NCBI GenBank assembly: GCA_001938485.1
Contig: MQRK01243963.1
Coordinates: forward strand, 1 to 60,051
DNA from: Girardia tigrina
Lineage: Eukaryota
Length of the DNA: 60,051 bases
Direction of reading: 5' to 3'
Part shown: in pieces, positions 10,946 through 22,322 of the stretch
Position numbering within the stretch: the stretch's first letter is position 1
Layout of the letters: each line of letters starts with the position of its first letter
Position numbers and translations under genes: made by a program
Notes under the pieces: model-generated
Databases searched by the model: none
What the model was told of the DNA's origin: nothing
Seen by the model: the letters and a program-made list of their open reading frames with translations, nothing else

Positions 10946-13604
10946 TGTAAAATCTTCTATAAAAAATATAACTATTATATTTAAAATTTCATTTACAAAT
11001 TTTTTATGTTTTTGGGTATTTATACCCGTTTGATAATAAAAAAATTATTAAATTTAAATTAGTTTGATTTAAAATATAACTTTGAAAAAACATTAATTTA
11101 AAAATTTAAAACATTAATTTAAAATTTAAATTAGTTTTTAATATTAAACCCAAATTTCCCTTTTAAAAAAATTTAAAACTTTAAAAAAATTTGCATAAAT
11201 TTGTTTTATCGGGCTTAATTACCCATTTATTTAAATGCTCAATTTATTTAGTGACAAGAAACTAATCCCAACGTAATTGCTGGTTGATTAGTTTTTAGAT
11301 CCAATAAAAATAGTGGGCATAATTGCCCATTTCATTTTATGCTGGATANNNNNNNNNNNNNNNNNNNNNNNNNNNNNNNNNNNNNNNNNNNNNNNNNNNN
11401 NNNNNNNNNNNNNNNNNNNNNNNNNNNNNNNNNNNNNNNNNNNNNNNNNNNNNNNNNNNNNNNNNNNNNNNNNNNNNNNNNNNNNNNNNNNNNNNNNNNN
11501 NNNNNNNNNNNNNNNNNNNNNNNNNNNNNNNNNNNNNNNNNNNNNNNNNNNNNNNNNNNNNNNNNNNNNNNNNNNNNNNNNNNNNNNNNNNNNNNNNNNN
11601 NNNNNNNNNNNNNNNNNNNNNNNNNNNNNAGAGTTTCAATTTTGATACCAATCTTTTAAACCGAATGTTCACATTACTATTAGTTTTTTTCAAAATTGAT
11701 ACCTGTTTTTTTTCTAAATAAATATGTAAAATAAATATTGTGATTTTTTTAGCTATTTTTTCCTTCATCTAGACCCTCAAGCAAACACACTAATATTAAA
11801 AATAAATCACTTTCGTAAATCAGGCTACTAATGGTTAATATAATAATAATAATGATAAAAATAATAGTAATAAAAGAATAGTAAAATAATAAAATACTAA
11901 TAATATTAATAATTATAATAATATAACAATAATAGCAAAAATAATAAATAATAATAATAGTAAGATAATATAATAACAATAAAATAATAAAAATAAAATA
12001 ATAATAATGTTAATATAATAATAATAATAAAATAATAATAAATAATAATCATTTTTTTTCAAAACCTTCAACGGCTTTTCCCAACCAACACAGGCGTGCT
12101 CCCTTAATGAACGGGCCCCTGCTAGGGAGGAAAAACTCGTTGACAGAATTTAATAATAAATTAATAATAATTGTTTTTTATAAAAATATAATAATGACGA
12201 AATAATAATAATAATATTAATAAATTGACAATATTCAAAATAATAACAATAAGTCTAATAAAAATATAATAATGATAGTAATAATTATGAAATAAATAAT
12301 AATAATAATATTATAATAATAATAATTAAATAGTTATAATTTTAATATAATAAATAATAATACTAAAATAATATTATTAATATTGGTAATATTACTTATA
12401 CAGATACAAATTATCCCTATTAACTACCTGGAGTCCCTGAGCACTGAGCTNNNNNNNNNNNNNNNNNNNNNNNNNNNNNNNNNNNNNNNNNNNNNNNNNN
12501 NNNNNNNNNNNNNNNNNNNNNNNNNNNNNNNNNNNNNNNNNNNNNNNNNNNNNNNNNNNNNNNNNNNNNNNNNNNNNNNNNNNNNNNNNNNNNNNNNNNN
12601 NNNNNNNNNNNNNNNNNNNNNNNNNNNNNNNNNNNNNNNNNNNNNNNNNNNNNNNNNNNNNNNNNNNNNNNNNNNNNNNNNNNNNNNNNNNNNNNNNNNN
12701 NNNNNNNNNNNNNNNNNNNNNNNNNNNNNNNNNNNNNNNNNNNNNNNNNNNNNNNNNNNNNNNNNNNNNNNNNNNNNNNNNNNNNNNNNNNNNNNNNNNN
12801 NNNNNNNNNNNNNNNNNNNNNNNNNNNNNNNNNNNNNNNNNNNNNNNNNNNNNNNNNNNNNNNNNNNNNNNNNNNNNNNNNNNNNNNNNNNNNNNNNNNN
12901 NNNNNNNNNNNNNNNNNNNNNNNNNNNNNNNNNNNNNNNNNNNNNNNNNNNNNNNNNNNNNNNNNNNNNNNNNNNNNNNNNNNNNNNNNNNNNNNNNNNN
13001 NNNNNNNNNNNNNNNNNNNNNNNNNNNNNNNNNNNNNNNNNNNNNNNNNNNNNNNNNNNNNNNNNNNNNNNNNNNNNNNNNNNNNNNNNNNNNNNNNNNN
13101 NNNNNNNNNNNNNNNNNNNNNNNNNNNNNNNNNNNNNNNNNNNNNNNNNNNNNNNNNNNNNNNNNNNNNNNNNNNNNNNNNNNNNNNNNNNNNNNNNNNN
13201 NNNNNNNNNNNNNNNNNNNNNNNNNNNNNNNNNNNNNNNNNNNNNNNNNNNNNNNNNNNNNNNNNNNNNNNNNNNNNNNNNNNNNNNNNNNNNNNNNNNN
13301 NNNNNNNNNNNNNNNNNNNNNNNNNNNNNNNNNNNNNNNNNNNNNNNNNNNNNNNNNNNNNNNNNNNNNNNNNNNNNNNNNNNNNNNNNNNNNNNNNNNN
13401 NNNNNNNNNNNNNNNNNNNNNNNNNNNNNNNNNNNNNNNNNNNNNNNNNNACATTAATTTACGAAAACATAAAATTTACTTTATTTTAGAATCCTTTATA
13501 TAGCGAAATTCTAAATTTATTGAAATATAAAATTAACTTATTTAAATCTAATCTTAACGAAACCGAACATTAATAATATATATTTTTTTTTCAGATCCTT
13601 GACA
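10946..13604 (-). repeat. Long AT-rich LTR, copy 1 (contains gaps)
   Basis: Minus strand starts TGTCAAGGATCT and ends AGATTTTACA; PPT upstream; direct repeat of 17572-19072. Confidence 0.8.
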
Positions 13605-13615
13605 TATCTTCCCTT
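13605..13615 (-). promoter_or_regulatory. Polypurine tract
   Basis: Minus strand AAGGGAAGATA immediately before the TGT of the LTR. Confidence 0.7.
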
Positions 13616-13734
13616 AATGGAAAGATATTGTCCCCAATATCAATTTAAAAAGGAAAAACAAATAACAATAAGTTTAACAATAATTTTATTAAATTATAAT
13701 TTAGATGGAATATTTATTCAGAGTTTCTTTCAGA

Positions 13735-15350
13735 TCATATCTTCCAATTCAAGACGTGTCCATTTTCCGATACGTATTGAATTTCGGAGACGGACGCCCT
13801 GAAAGTTTCTCCGTGGACCTGCAATTCCGGTAAGATATTGTTTCTTGGTTCAGGTGGAATATCGCAATGTTCTAAATTTTGTATTGTTAGATTTTTATTT
13901 ATTGACTTTGGTGGAATCTCGAAATGTTCCATATTCTGGATTATCAATTTAGTTTTTACTTTATTTGATTTTCTATTTCGTTCAGGATTTTCTGGATAAT
14001 TTGAGGTTGATGGCATCAATGCATTGAACGTTGATTGACACGTCACCGGTTGAAGCGCGTCATCCCCAATGTCTTGCGGAATCACAAGATTTTCGCAAAC
14101 ATCCAAATCAACTTCATTCTGCCATGCCATGATCAAATTCTCATTTGGCTCTCTTTGAATTAATGGTGATTGACACAAGATTGCTGGTACTCCAGACTTG
14201 AATTTCTTCGGTTGAGAATGTTCAACATCTCCAACGATGGCTGGAATTTTCCATCGCAAATCTTCGTGATTAAAATGAATGTTGTCAATATAAGAATCTT
14301 CAATTGTTCGATATAGATTCATAATTGCTTTTGTATCCTCAAATGAATTATTTTGTCCTGGTTGTTGGATTTTTATCTTCAAGATTGAAGCCGCCAAAGT
14401 TTGGAGTTTATAGAATTGTGCACCGCCTTTTGGAGAAAGATTGAATTTTTCTTGAAATGTTTTTTGCACCAGCCAGATCACGAATGCCCAACAGAGATTG
14501 TTTGTCAATGCAGAGGTTGTTCAGCTCCATTTGGAGATCGTGACCAACCAAGATTTTACCACGGCATAAAGATCGAATTTTTTTTAATGCCTCATATTCG
14601 TCCATTCGATTTCGCAAGTGGATTTCTTTCAACCCATGAACCTGATCTGCCAACTTTATTATTCGATGTCTCGGAGTAATTAAGGTATCCAGAACGGTTT
14701 TCCCATAACCGTTTAGAATTGAAATTGACAATGGAGCCTTGGATCCATCTGCCATTTGGCAAGCGAATTCTCCATCCATAAAGAGAAGGTAATCATTTAT
14801 TTTGTCCATATCGCTTCGTTTTCTTATAAAACTTTTTCTTTGCTTGTAGTCTTCTTCGAATGGATGGTATTGTAATCCTTCTAGACTCCCGCTATCTTTC
14901 CAGCGCATTGGATTGTAATGTTTTTGGGGATATTTTCTTAATTCAATTGCTATAATTACATGTTCAGTTACTGCTCGAATGCACAGTTCCATATCCTTTG
15001 GTGTGATCTCCCAGGATGTGAATTTGGATATTTTGTTGGATAAAAGTCTGTCCTTTCCAAAAATGAGAATTGTTTCTGAAATAACGTGCAATTCAATCGT
15101 CCCGTCATTCATTCCAGTACATAATTCCTTGATTGTTTTTTGTTGTTGAAGTTGATAATTTTCCCAGATATATCTCCATCTCTAGATCGGTGGTTCGAAG
15201 AATATTGGGTATGACGAGGTTGTTGGAGTAGCAGCGATGAGATTTTCCAGATTTGCTGAGAAGACTTCCAAATTCTTCGTAAACCTCCTGACGTTTTGGC
15301 TGAATGTTGCGGAGAAGAGGTGGTGTCATTTGGTTAGATTGTTTTTTATT
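13735..15350 (-). pseudogene. REX4/ISG20-like exonuclease with N-terminal unknown domain and low-complexity C-terminal tail, copy 2
   Basis: ORFs 15105-15329, 14408-15112 and 13735-14508 join by frameshifts: FMDGEF, VHGL, ILVGHDLQMEL, IRDL, NNSFED. Confidence 0.85.
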
Positions 15351-15579
15351 GATCTGAAATAATATTAAAATATTAAACTAGCACAACATAATTTTAAAAT
15401 ATTATTTATATATTAATTAATAATTTGGGATCCTCCAATTGTTTTACAGTAAAATAAAAATAAAGATTACAAGGTTTAACAGATAAATAAAGTTAATAAG
15501 GATGAACACAATATAAAGCATAATTGTTTAAATCAAAATTATGTCAAAATGTAACTGTACAAACATGCAATTTACTCAC

Positions 15580-16200
15580 AATTATACAAAGTTGACCGTT
15601 CTCCAGAGTATCCACTTGAAAGAGGTTCTTGGTTCCTGGATCGGTTTCTCTTTTTAAGGATCACCAGACATTGTATAATAGACATTGTTAATAGAGCAAT
15701 GATGATGAAAAATAATATGATTAAAACAAAATAATAGTTATAATCAAAATTAAGAATTGTATTGTTTATAGTTTTTGATCTTTGAACGATTTGTCCTCTG
15801 ATTTTCTGATTGTAAGGAATCTAATATTCGATTCATTTCTGAAGGTTTGATTATCCTTTAAAACAACTTTGGGGTTTTAATAATTTGTTCCTCCACGAAG
15901 GTAGTTATCCATTTATTTCTAGTGATATCTTTACGAAAGTATGAAAATTTTACAAAGGTTTCTTCGTCTTGAAGATTTAACATTTCACCATTTGATTTGA
16001 AATAATTTAATATAACCCTTTGATGTAAGGTTATTAAGGTATTTATAATGATAACTTGTTCATTTTTATTTGATTTTCTATAGAAATATATCTTGTCTGA
16101 AGTTACATTGATAATTACTGAATTGGGTTCGATTTCCAATTTTACAATTCGAGTTTCAGTATAAAAAAAGTATTCATTTATTATAGTTATAACTCAAATT
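15580..16200 (-). pseudogene. FN3-like membrane protein, copy 2 (3' part)
   Basis: SVIINVTSDKIYFYRKSNKNEQVII...NLQDEETFVKFSY aligns with copy 1; TM segment YFVLIILFFIIIALLTMSIIQCLVIL followed by KKRNR. Confidence 0.5.
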
Positions 16201-16209
16201 ATCAAGCAA

Positions 16210-17280
16210 TTGAGCTTCAAAATATATTAAATTTAAAATGTAATTTTGTCCCATTGTAAGTTCATCGATTTAGTCGTCTGTCGGGATCGTCTAACACCGG
16301 TTTAGGTCTTCTGGTGGAGGAGCACGTCAATTTGGCTGCGCGCGTGTAACGAGGACCGGGTTGCAAGGATCGTGAGCGTGTCGACAATGTTGACGACGAA
16401 CTCCAGTGACCGGTACTCGTCGAGCAGACTGAGCAGACAGTGGTGCGTCTCTTCGATCGTGTCGGACTCATGGTGGAAGCATCGCGCCGGTTTGATCGAC
16501 TCGATCTTCAGTACGGGTCGCTCCTCGAACATCGTCGGGCGAATCGGCTTGGGCATCTCTGTGACGACAAGAATGATGATAATGAGGCGATTATCGATCG
16601 AGGCGAGGAACATCGTCCAACTGGTGAATATCAACAATGATCGCGAGCGATTGTTCCAGTTATCACAGATTATTAACTGCTGGAGTCATCGGAAATATAA
16701 TTTGTCGTGGCAATTAATTTGTGATGACATAACAAATTATTATGAACCAGAGAGTTCCGCGAAATGTGGGAGCATAAAATCGGTTGTCGATTCGCAATGG
16801 TGAATTGAGAATTTTCAAATTTGTTATAAATCAAAGACATCACTCGATTGTCGATTTTAAAATTGGAAAAAAATTTATTTTCAAAAAATAATGGCATTCC
16901 ATACAATGTTTACAAATTCAAATAAATCCATAAATTAATTGATTACATTAGATTTGTAAAACTAATTCGAATTTCTATTAGTATTGTTTTTTTTATTTGT
17001 ATTTTTAGTAATTTTAATTTGATAATTAATATCAAATATTTTTTTACTAATTTTATCATTAAAATAGCAAAAACACATGAATCATCGTTTGGATGTCTTT
17101 TCTTGAATTAATCAAATAACTGCTTGAAATTTGGCGAGGTCTTCAAAAAAAATGAGAGAACATTGTCACGTTTTACATCATGTATCTTGGTCGAAAAATT
17201 GAAATTATAAATAAGAAATATAGGATTTTTTATATATATTTAATATTTATAAATATTGATTAAAATTTTGTGTCACTACA
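16210..17280 (-). other. Insertion carrying a GC-rich ORF fragment (16302-16637) of unknown function
   Basis: Sharp rise in GC/CpG; strong G/C third-position bias in the minus frame; splits the FN3-like ORF. Confidence 0.45.
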
Positions 17281-17484
17281 ATCGATAATAAGAAAGGGTT
17301 TTGAATTTAACAATATTCTAGAGACTGATCGTGAACCTCTTGAATATTGAATTAGAACTTTTTCGAGTTTCTTTAGTTTGCTGATTATAATGATTTTTGA
17401 CCAAGAAGGTTCTATTGTAAGCAAAGTATAGGCATCTTTAGTCCAAATTTGCATGAACATTATAAATTGAGGTTCCAAACCCAA
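17280..17484 (-). pseudogene. FN3-like membrane protein, copy 2 (5' part)
   Basis: SKPFLIID aligns with QKHFVIID of copy 1. Confidence 0.4.
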
Positions 17485-17571
17485 AACTATTATATTTATT
17501 AAATATAATATAAATTATATAATAAAAATTAATATAATATAAATTATAAAATAAACTATTATATATTAAAT

Positions 17572-19072
17572 ATATAACTATTATATTTAAAATTTCATTT
17601 ACAATTTTTTTGTGAAAAAAATCTTTATGTTTTTGGGTATTTATACCCGTTTGATAATAAAAAAATATTAAATTTAAATTAGTTTGATTTAAAATTTAAC
17701 TTTGAAAAAACATTAATTTAAAATTTAAATTAGTTTTTCATATTAAACCCAAATTTCTCTTTTAAAAAAAATTTAAAACTTTAATAAAATTTGCATAAAT
17801 TTGTTTTATCGGGCTTAATTGTCCATTTATTTAAATGCTCAATTTATTTGGTGACAAGAAACTAATCCCAGCGTAATTGCTGGTTGATTAGTTTTTAGAT
17901 CCAATAAAAATAGTGGGCATAATTGCCCATTTCATTTTATGCTGGATAATATTTTTAGGTGAGAATTTTATTTATTTATTTTATTTTTTTATATTTTTTT
18001 TATAATTTTAATAATAATAATATTAACAATAATAATAATATAATACTAATTATAATAATAAAATAATAATAAAAATAATATAATAATAATAAATTGATAN
18101 NNNNNNNNNNNNNNNNNNNNNNNNNNNNNNNNNNNNNNNNNNNNNNNNNNNNNNNNNNNNNNNNNNNNNNNNNNNNNNNNNNNNNNNNNNNNNNNNNNNN
18201 NNNNNNNNNNNNNNNNNNNNNNNNNNNNNNNNNNNNNNNNNNCCTAGAGTTTCAATTTGGATACCAATCTTTTAAACCGAATGTTCACATTACTATAAGT
18301 TTTTTTCTCAAAATTGATACCTGTTTTTTTTCTAAATAAATATGTAAAATAAATATTGTGATTTTTTTAGCTATTTTTCCCTTCATCTAGACCCTCAAGT
18401 AAACACACTCATATTAAAAATAAATCACTTTCGTAAATCAGGTTACTAAGGGTTAATATAATAATAATAATGATAAAAATAATAATACAATAAAATAATA
18501 ATAATAAATTAATGATAAACATAAAATATAATAATAATAATAAAATAATAATAGATAATAATCATTTTTTTCAAAGCCTTCAACGGCTTTTCCTAACCAA
18601 CACAGGCGTGACCCCTTAATGAACGGGCTCCTGCTAGGGAGGAAAAACTCGTTGACAGAATTTAATAATAAAATAATAATAATTGTTTTTGATAAAAATA
18701 AAATAATAATGACGAAATAATAATAATAATATTAATAAATTGACAATATTCAAAATAATCAAAATAATAACAATAAATCCAATAATAATAATTAAAGTTA
18801 TAATTTTAATATAATAAATAATAATACTAAAATAATATTATTAATATTGGTAATATTACTTATACAGATACAAATTATCCCTATTAACTACCTGGAGTCC
18901 CTGAGCACTGAGCTCAAACAAAAGGGAAGTTACAAAGGGATTTATCACCACATTTTATTTTATTTTTTTGTTATTTATATATATTTTTAATTTAATTTTA
19001 TCTTTTAGGAGGGTAAGAATTATATTTTTAAATTTTAATTAATAATATATATATTTTTTCAGATCCTTAACG
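17572..19072 (-). repeat. Long AT-rich LTR, copy 2 (3' end lost), abutting the env-like gene
   Basis: Direct repeat of 10966-12450 plus 13570-13604; starts (C)GTTAAGGATCT; no PPT upstream. Confidence 0.8.
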
Positions 19073-19870
19073 GAATATATCCAATTATTAATTTCCATGA
19101 ATATCCCAAAATTGTATATAATCTATATGTTGATAAAATTTGAGAAATTACAACTTTGGATATCGTAAAAATTTACATATATTTCGATTAAACCAGCACA
19201 AGCTTGACCAAAAAATATAAATTTTCCCCATATTCTTTTCATCCTATTCATAGTGGCTCTTTGATAATGATCTGTACTCACAAAATTATCGTAGTATACT
19301 TTTCCTACTCTATAAGGTAAAACGGTATCAATGATTTCATTCATAATTCTTTCTTTTTTAGAGGGAAATAAGAAATTTCGTCTTGAATCTTCAATTTCTT
19401 ATGGTGAATAAATACCAATTGTTGACATTTGATCTAAAGACGTAAAATTTATTAAATATTCTAATTTTGTTAAATCCAATTTTTCGATGCCTTTAACTTC
19501 TTTATTATTTGGTAACGAAATCCACATTTCTGGTGTTAAGCGATATAAGGGTGATGTTATCTCATTGCATCGTAATTTTCTGGGTCTTGTTCCATTTACC
19601 ACCAGAATTCGTGTTATAGGTTCTACGAATCTTAGTTCGCCTTTATAACTAACTGGAAGTTCATTTGTACACTCAATATGTTTTATTATTTGAAATGATA
19701 TTTCTTTACATTTATAACTATACAATGCTTCACCCATAATTCGTCCAAATACACCTTTTTCAGCGACTAATATTGGAGCGACTAGATTAGGATATTGGAA
19801 AGAAATGGGTACTGAAACGAAAATAATTGAATTAAAAAATATCTTTATCTCTTGTTTTAATAATTCACTT
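19073..19870 (-). pseudogene. env-like glycoprotein resembling chuvirus-type (class III) fusion proteins, C-terminal part
   Basis: GEALYSYKC..CTNELPV..FVEPITRILV..C..PLY..W; membrane-proximal FGQACAGLI..LYTILGYSWKL across a frameshift. Confidence 0.75.
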
Positions 19871-21214
19871 GGTGTAAAAATTATCATCGTGTTTACTTTT
19901 TTTTTCTCGTGTTTATCTGAGTGGAATGTACAAGTTATTTTGTGAGAAGATTTATATAAAAATGAAAATGTTGAATCGAGTTTATTCTTCATTTATTGTG
20001 GAGCCGAACACAAAGTGGATATATTTTGATTACAATCTCAGTATTTTGTTGTGGAGTATCGAGTGTGAACCCCCCAAGGAAGTGTTGCTGACCAAGTTGG
20101 ATAGGCAAGATGGCGCCTCCTGTTCATATTCCGAACGCCATCACTCAGCGGTAATCTTTATATTCAACTTATGATTTCTCTTTCCATTCCGTCACAAGGG
20201 ATCCCAGCGATATGTGGACGAAGGTATACAGACCAACTCATCAGCGTAATCTCACACATATCAACACGGTGTGACTATGCGTCAAAGCCCTATAAACTCG
20301 CTTCGATTATATTAACAGATATCTTCGTGGTGATTAGACGTCACCACAAGGTTTATCAAAGTGTTTATCACAAAATGATTAATGATTTTTTTGGAAACAG
20401 ATATAAACGAGTGAGAAGGCCAAGAAAAGTCGAATAGTAGGGTTTCTTCAAATTACATGAATTTTGATCCAAGAAGCGCAATGTGAAACTCAGAATGACG
20501 GGAAAAACCATAAATATAAATAAAAAAGTAATTCATCATATTCTGATATATGATTTTGGCAAAACAAAAGTATGTGATATATTTGTGTTCTACACACACC
20601 TGCCAAAGGATATGAATTGATCAGAGTGCAAATATTCCATAGAGTTCATACAAGCAACAAATAACAGTAAAACATTCTTAAACCTTCCCTCCCTTGTAAT
20701 GTGTACTTAGTTCAATACTAACTACTGTACTTTGCTTCAATATAATAAATATGATGTTTTAGATTTTAGATATTCCTCAGACATATATTTGTGTGTTTAA
20801 TTAAAAAAATAATACTTTTCATAATTATAGTTTCTTAGATTCATGAAGGATGATTTCTGAAAAGTATATGTTATAGTATACAAAAAGTATACATGTTATA
20901 ATATTATTAGAGTATTTCATATTATTAATTTTTTGATTTTTTAAAATTTCTTTAATGATTTTTTCATGTTTTCAGCAATTATACAAAAATTATTAAGATT
21001 TTTAACTTTATTTATAAACAACTGAATATTTATAACAATTCAGTTAAATGAATCATGATAATTTTTATTTTTTCAATCTTAATATGCTAATTAAAAATGT
21101 GTTGTCACTACACAACCCCGGAACACACGGAAGTTTTTTTCACTGTAAAGGAAAGGTTAAATTGATTTTTAATGTTGAATGTTCATGGCGTGGAAGTGGC
21201 GATGAGCCTGCTAC

Positions 21215-21630
21215 AGAATCCAAAGTGAGGTTAACTACGAGTAAGCATCTGGCTACCGTCTTCTGGGATTCGAAAGATGTGATCTTGATGGATGTTTTAG
21301 AAAATGGAAAAGTTTGCTGGAAAAGCTGAAGACAACTATCCTGGTAATACAACGACGGAAAACCACGGACGGTTTTCTGTACCTTCTTCAGGACAACGCA
21401 TGTCCACATGCGGTACATCTCACCCAGTCCAAGATTGCCGAAATGCATCTAAACATCCTGCCATATCCCTCCTATTCGCCGGATCTGGTTCCTTCAGACT
21501 ACTATCTATTTTCACCAATGAAAGTAGCTTTGAAAGGTCAGAACTGTGCATCTTCTGAGAAGGTTCAGGAGAAACTTCAGGAGTGGTTGAACACTAAGGC
21601 CGGATCCTTCTTCGAGAATGGTATCTATAA
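21215..21630 (+). pseudogene. mariner transposase fragment
   Basis: LATVFWDSK, LQDNACPH, YSPDLVPSDYYLF. Confidence 0.85.
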
Positions 21631-21927
21631 AAATAAGTATTCGAGTATACTTATAGCCGAATACTTACTTTTACTAATAAATAAAAATAATTTACAAAAT
21701 TAACAACGTCAAACGATTAGAAAAAATAACGATAATCTGTAAAAAAATAAAAAAATAACCTTTTAATAAACAAAAATTTATTCATCATCATAAATAACAT
21801 ACAGTAGTCGCAAACGGTAAATAATTAAGTTGATTATCAATTATTGCTTTAATGATCTCTTTTTAATTCAAATTAGAATTATTATTTCTGTTAGAGCAAA
21901 AAAAAATATATACAGACATAAGAGAAT

Positions 21928-22322
21928 TTAAATTGGGCATTGTACTTGTTTTGCTCGTTCAACGGCCGCTGTGACTTGGGTTTGATGTTCTTGTGAAAGA
22001 AATGGAATCACTTGAACGAGAATTGTGCCGAGTCGTTTAGTGATTTCACTCTGTTTATGCATTTCGACATTCAAACCGTACACCATTTCGTAATACATGA
22101 TATAATGTCTTTGCATTTCGTTTTTTTTCTGCAGAACTCTAGACATTGAGTCGGGCACGTTACTGATTCATTATCGAAGTTAACCGATCGTTCGAGAGCG
22201 TTATAATTTCTAATAAGATTACTCTCCTCATCCGCATCGTAATTAAGTGTTGCATGAAGGTCATCATTTATCGACAAATTATCTTTTTTTAAGATTGGAA
22301 ATTGATGTTTTGCGTTTTCCAT
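21928..22322 (-). pseudogene. gro: Groucho/TLE (AES-like) N-terminal Q domain, intronless, with a 1-nt frameshift in an A-run
   Basis: [54 protein letters not shown] is the TLE Q-domain signature. Confidence 0.85.

Noticed and set aside
11749-11979. Hydrophobic I/Y-rich ORF
   Set aside because: Translation of AAT-type low-complexity LTR sequence
20040-20440. Possible APE endonuclease remnant
   Set aside because: Motif similarity too weak to call
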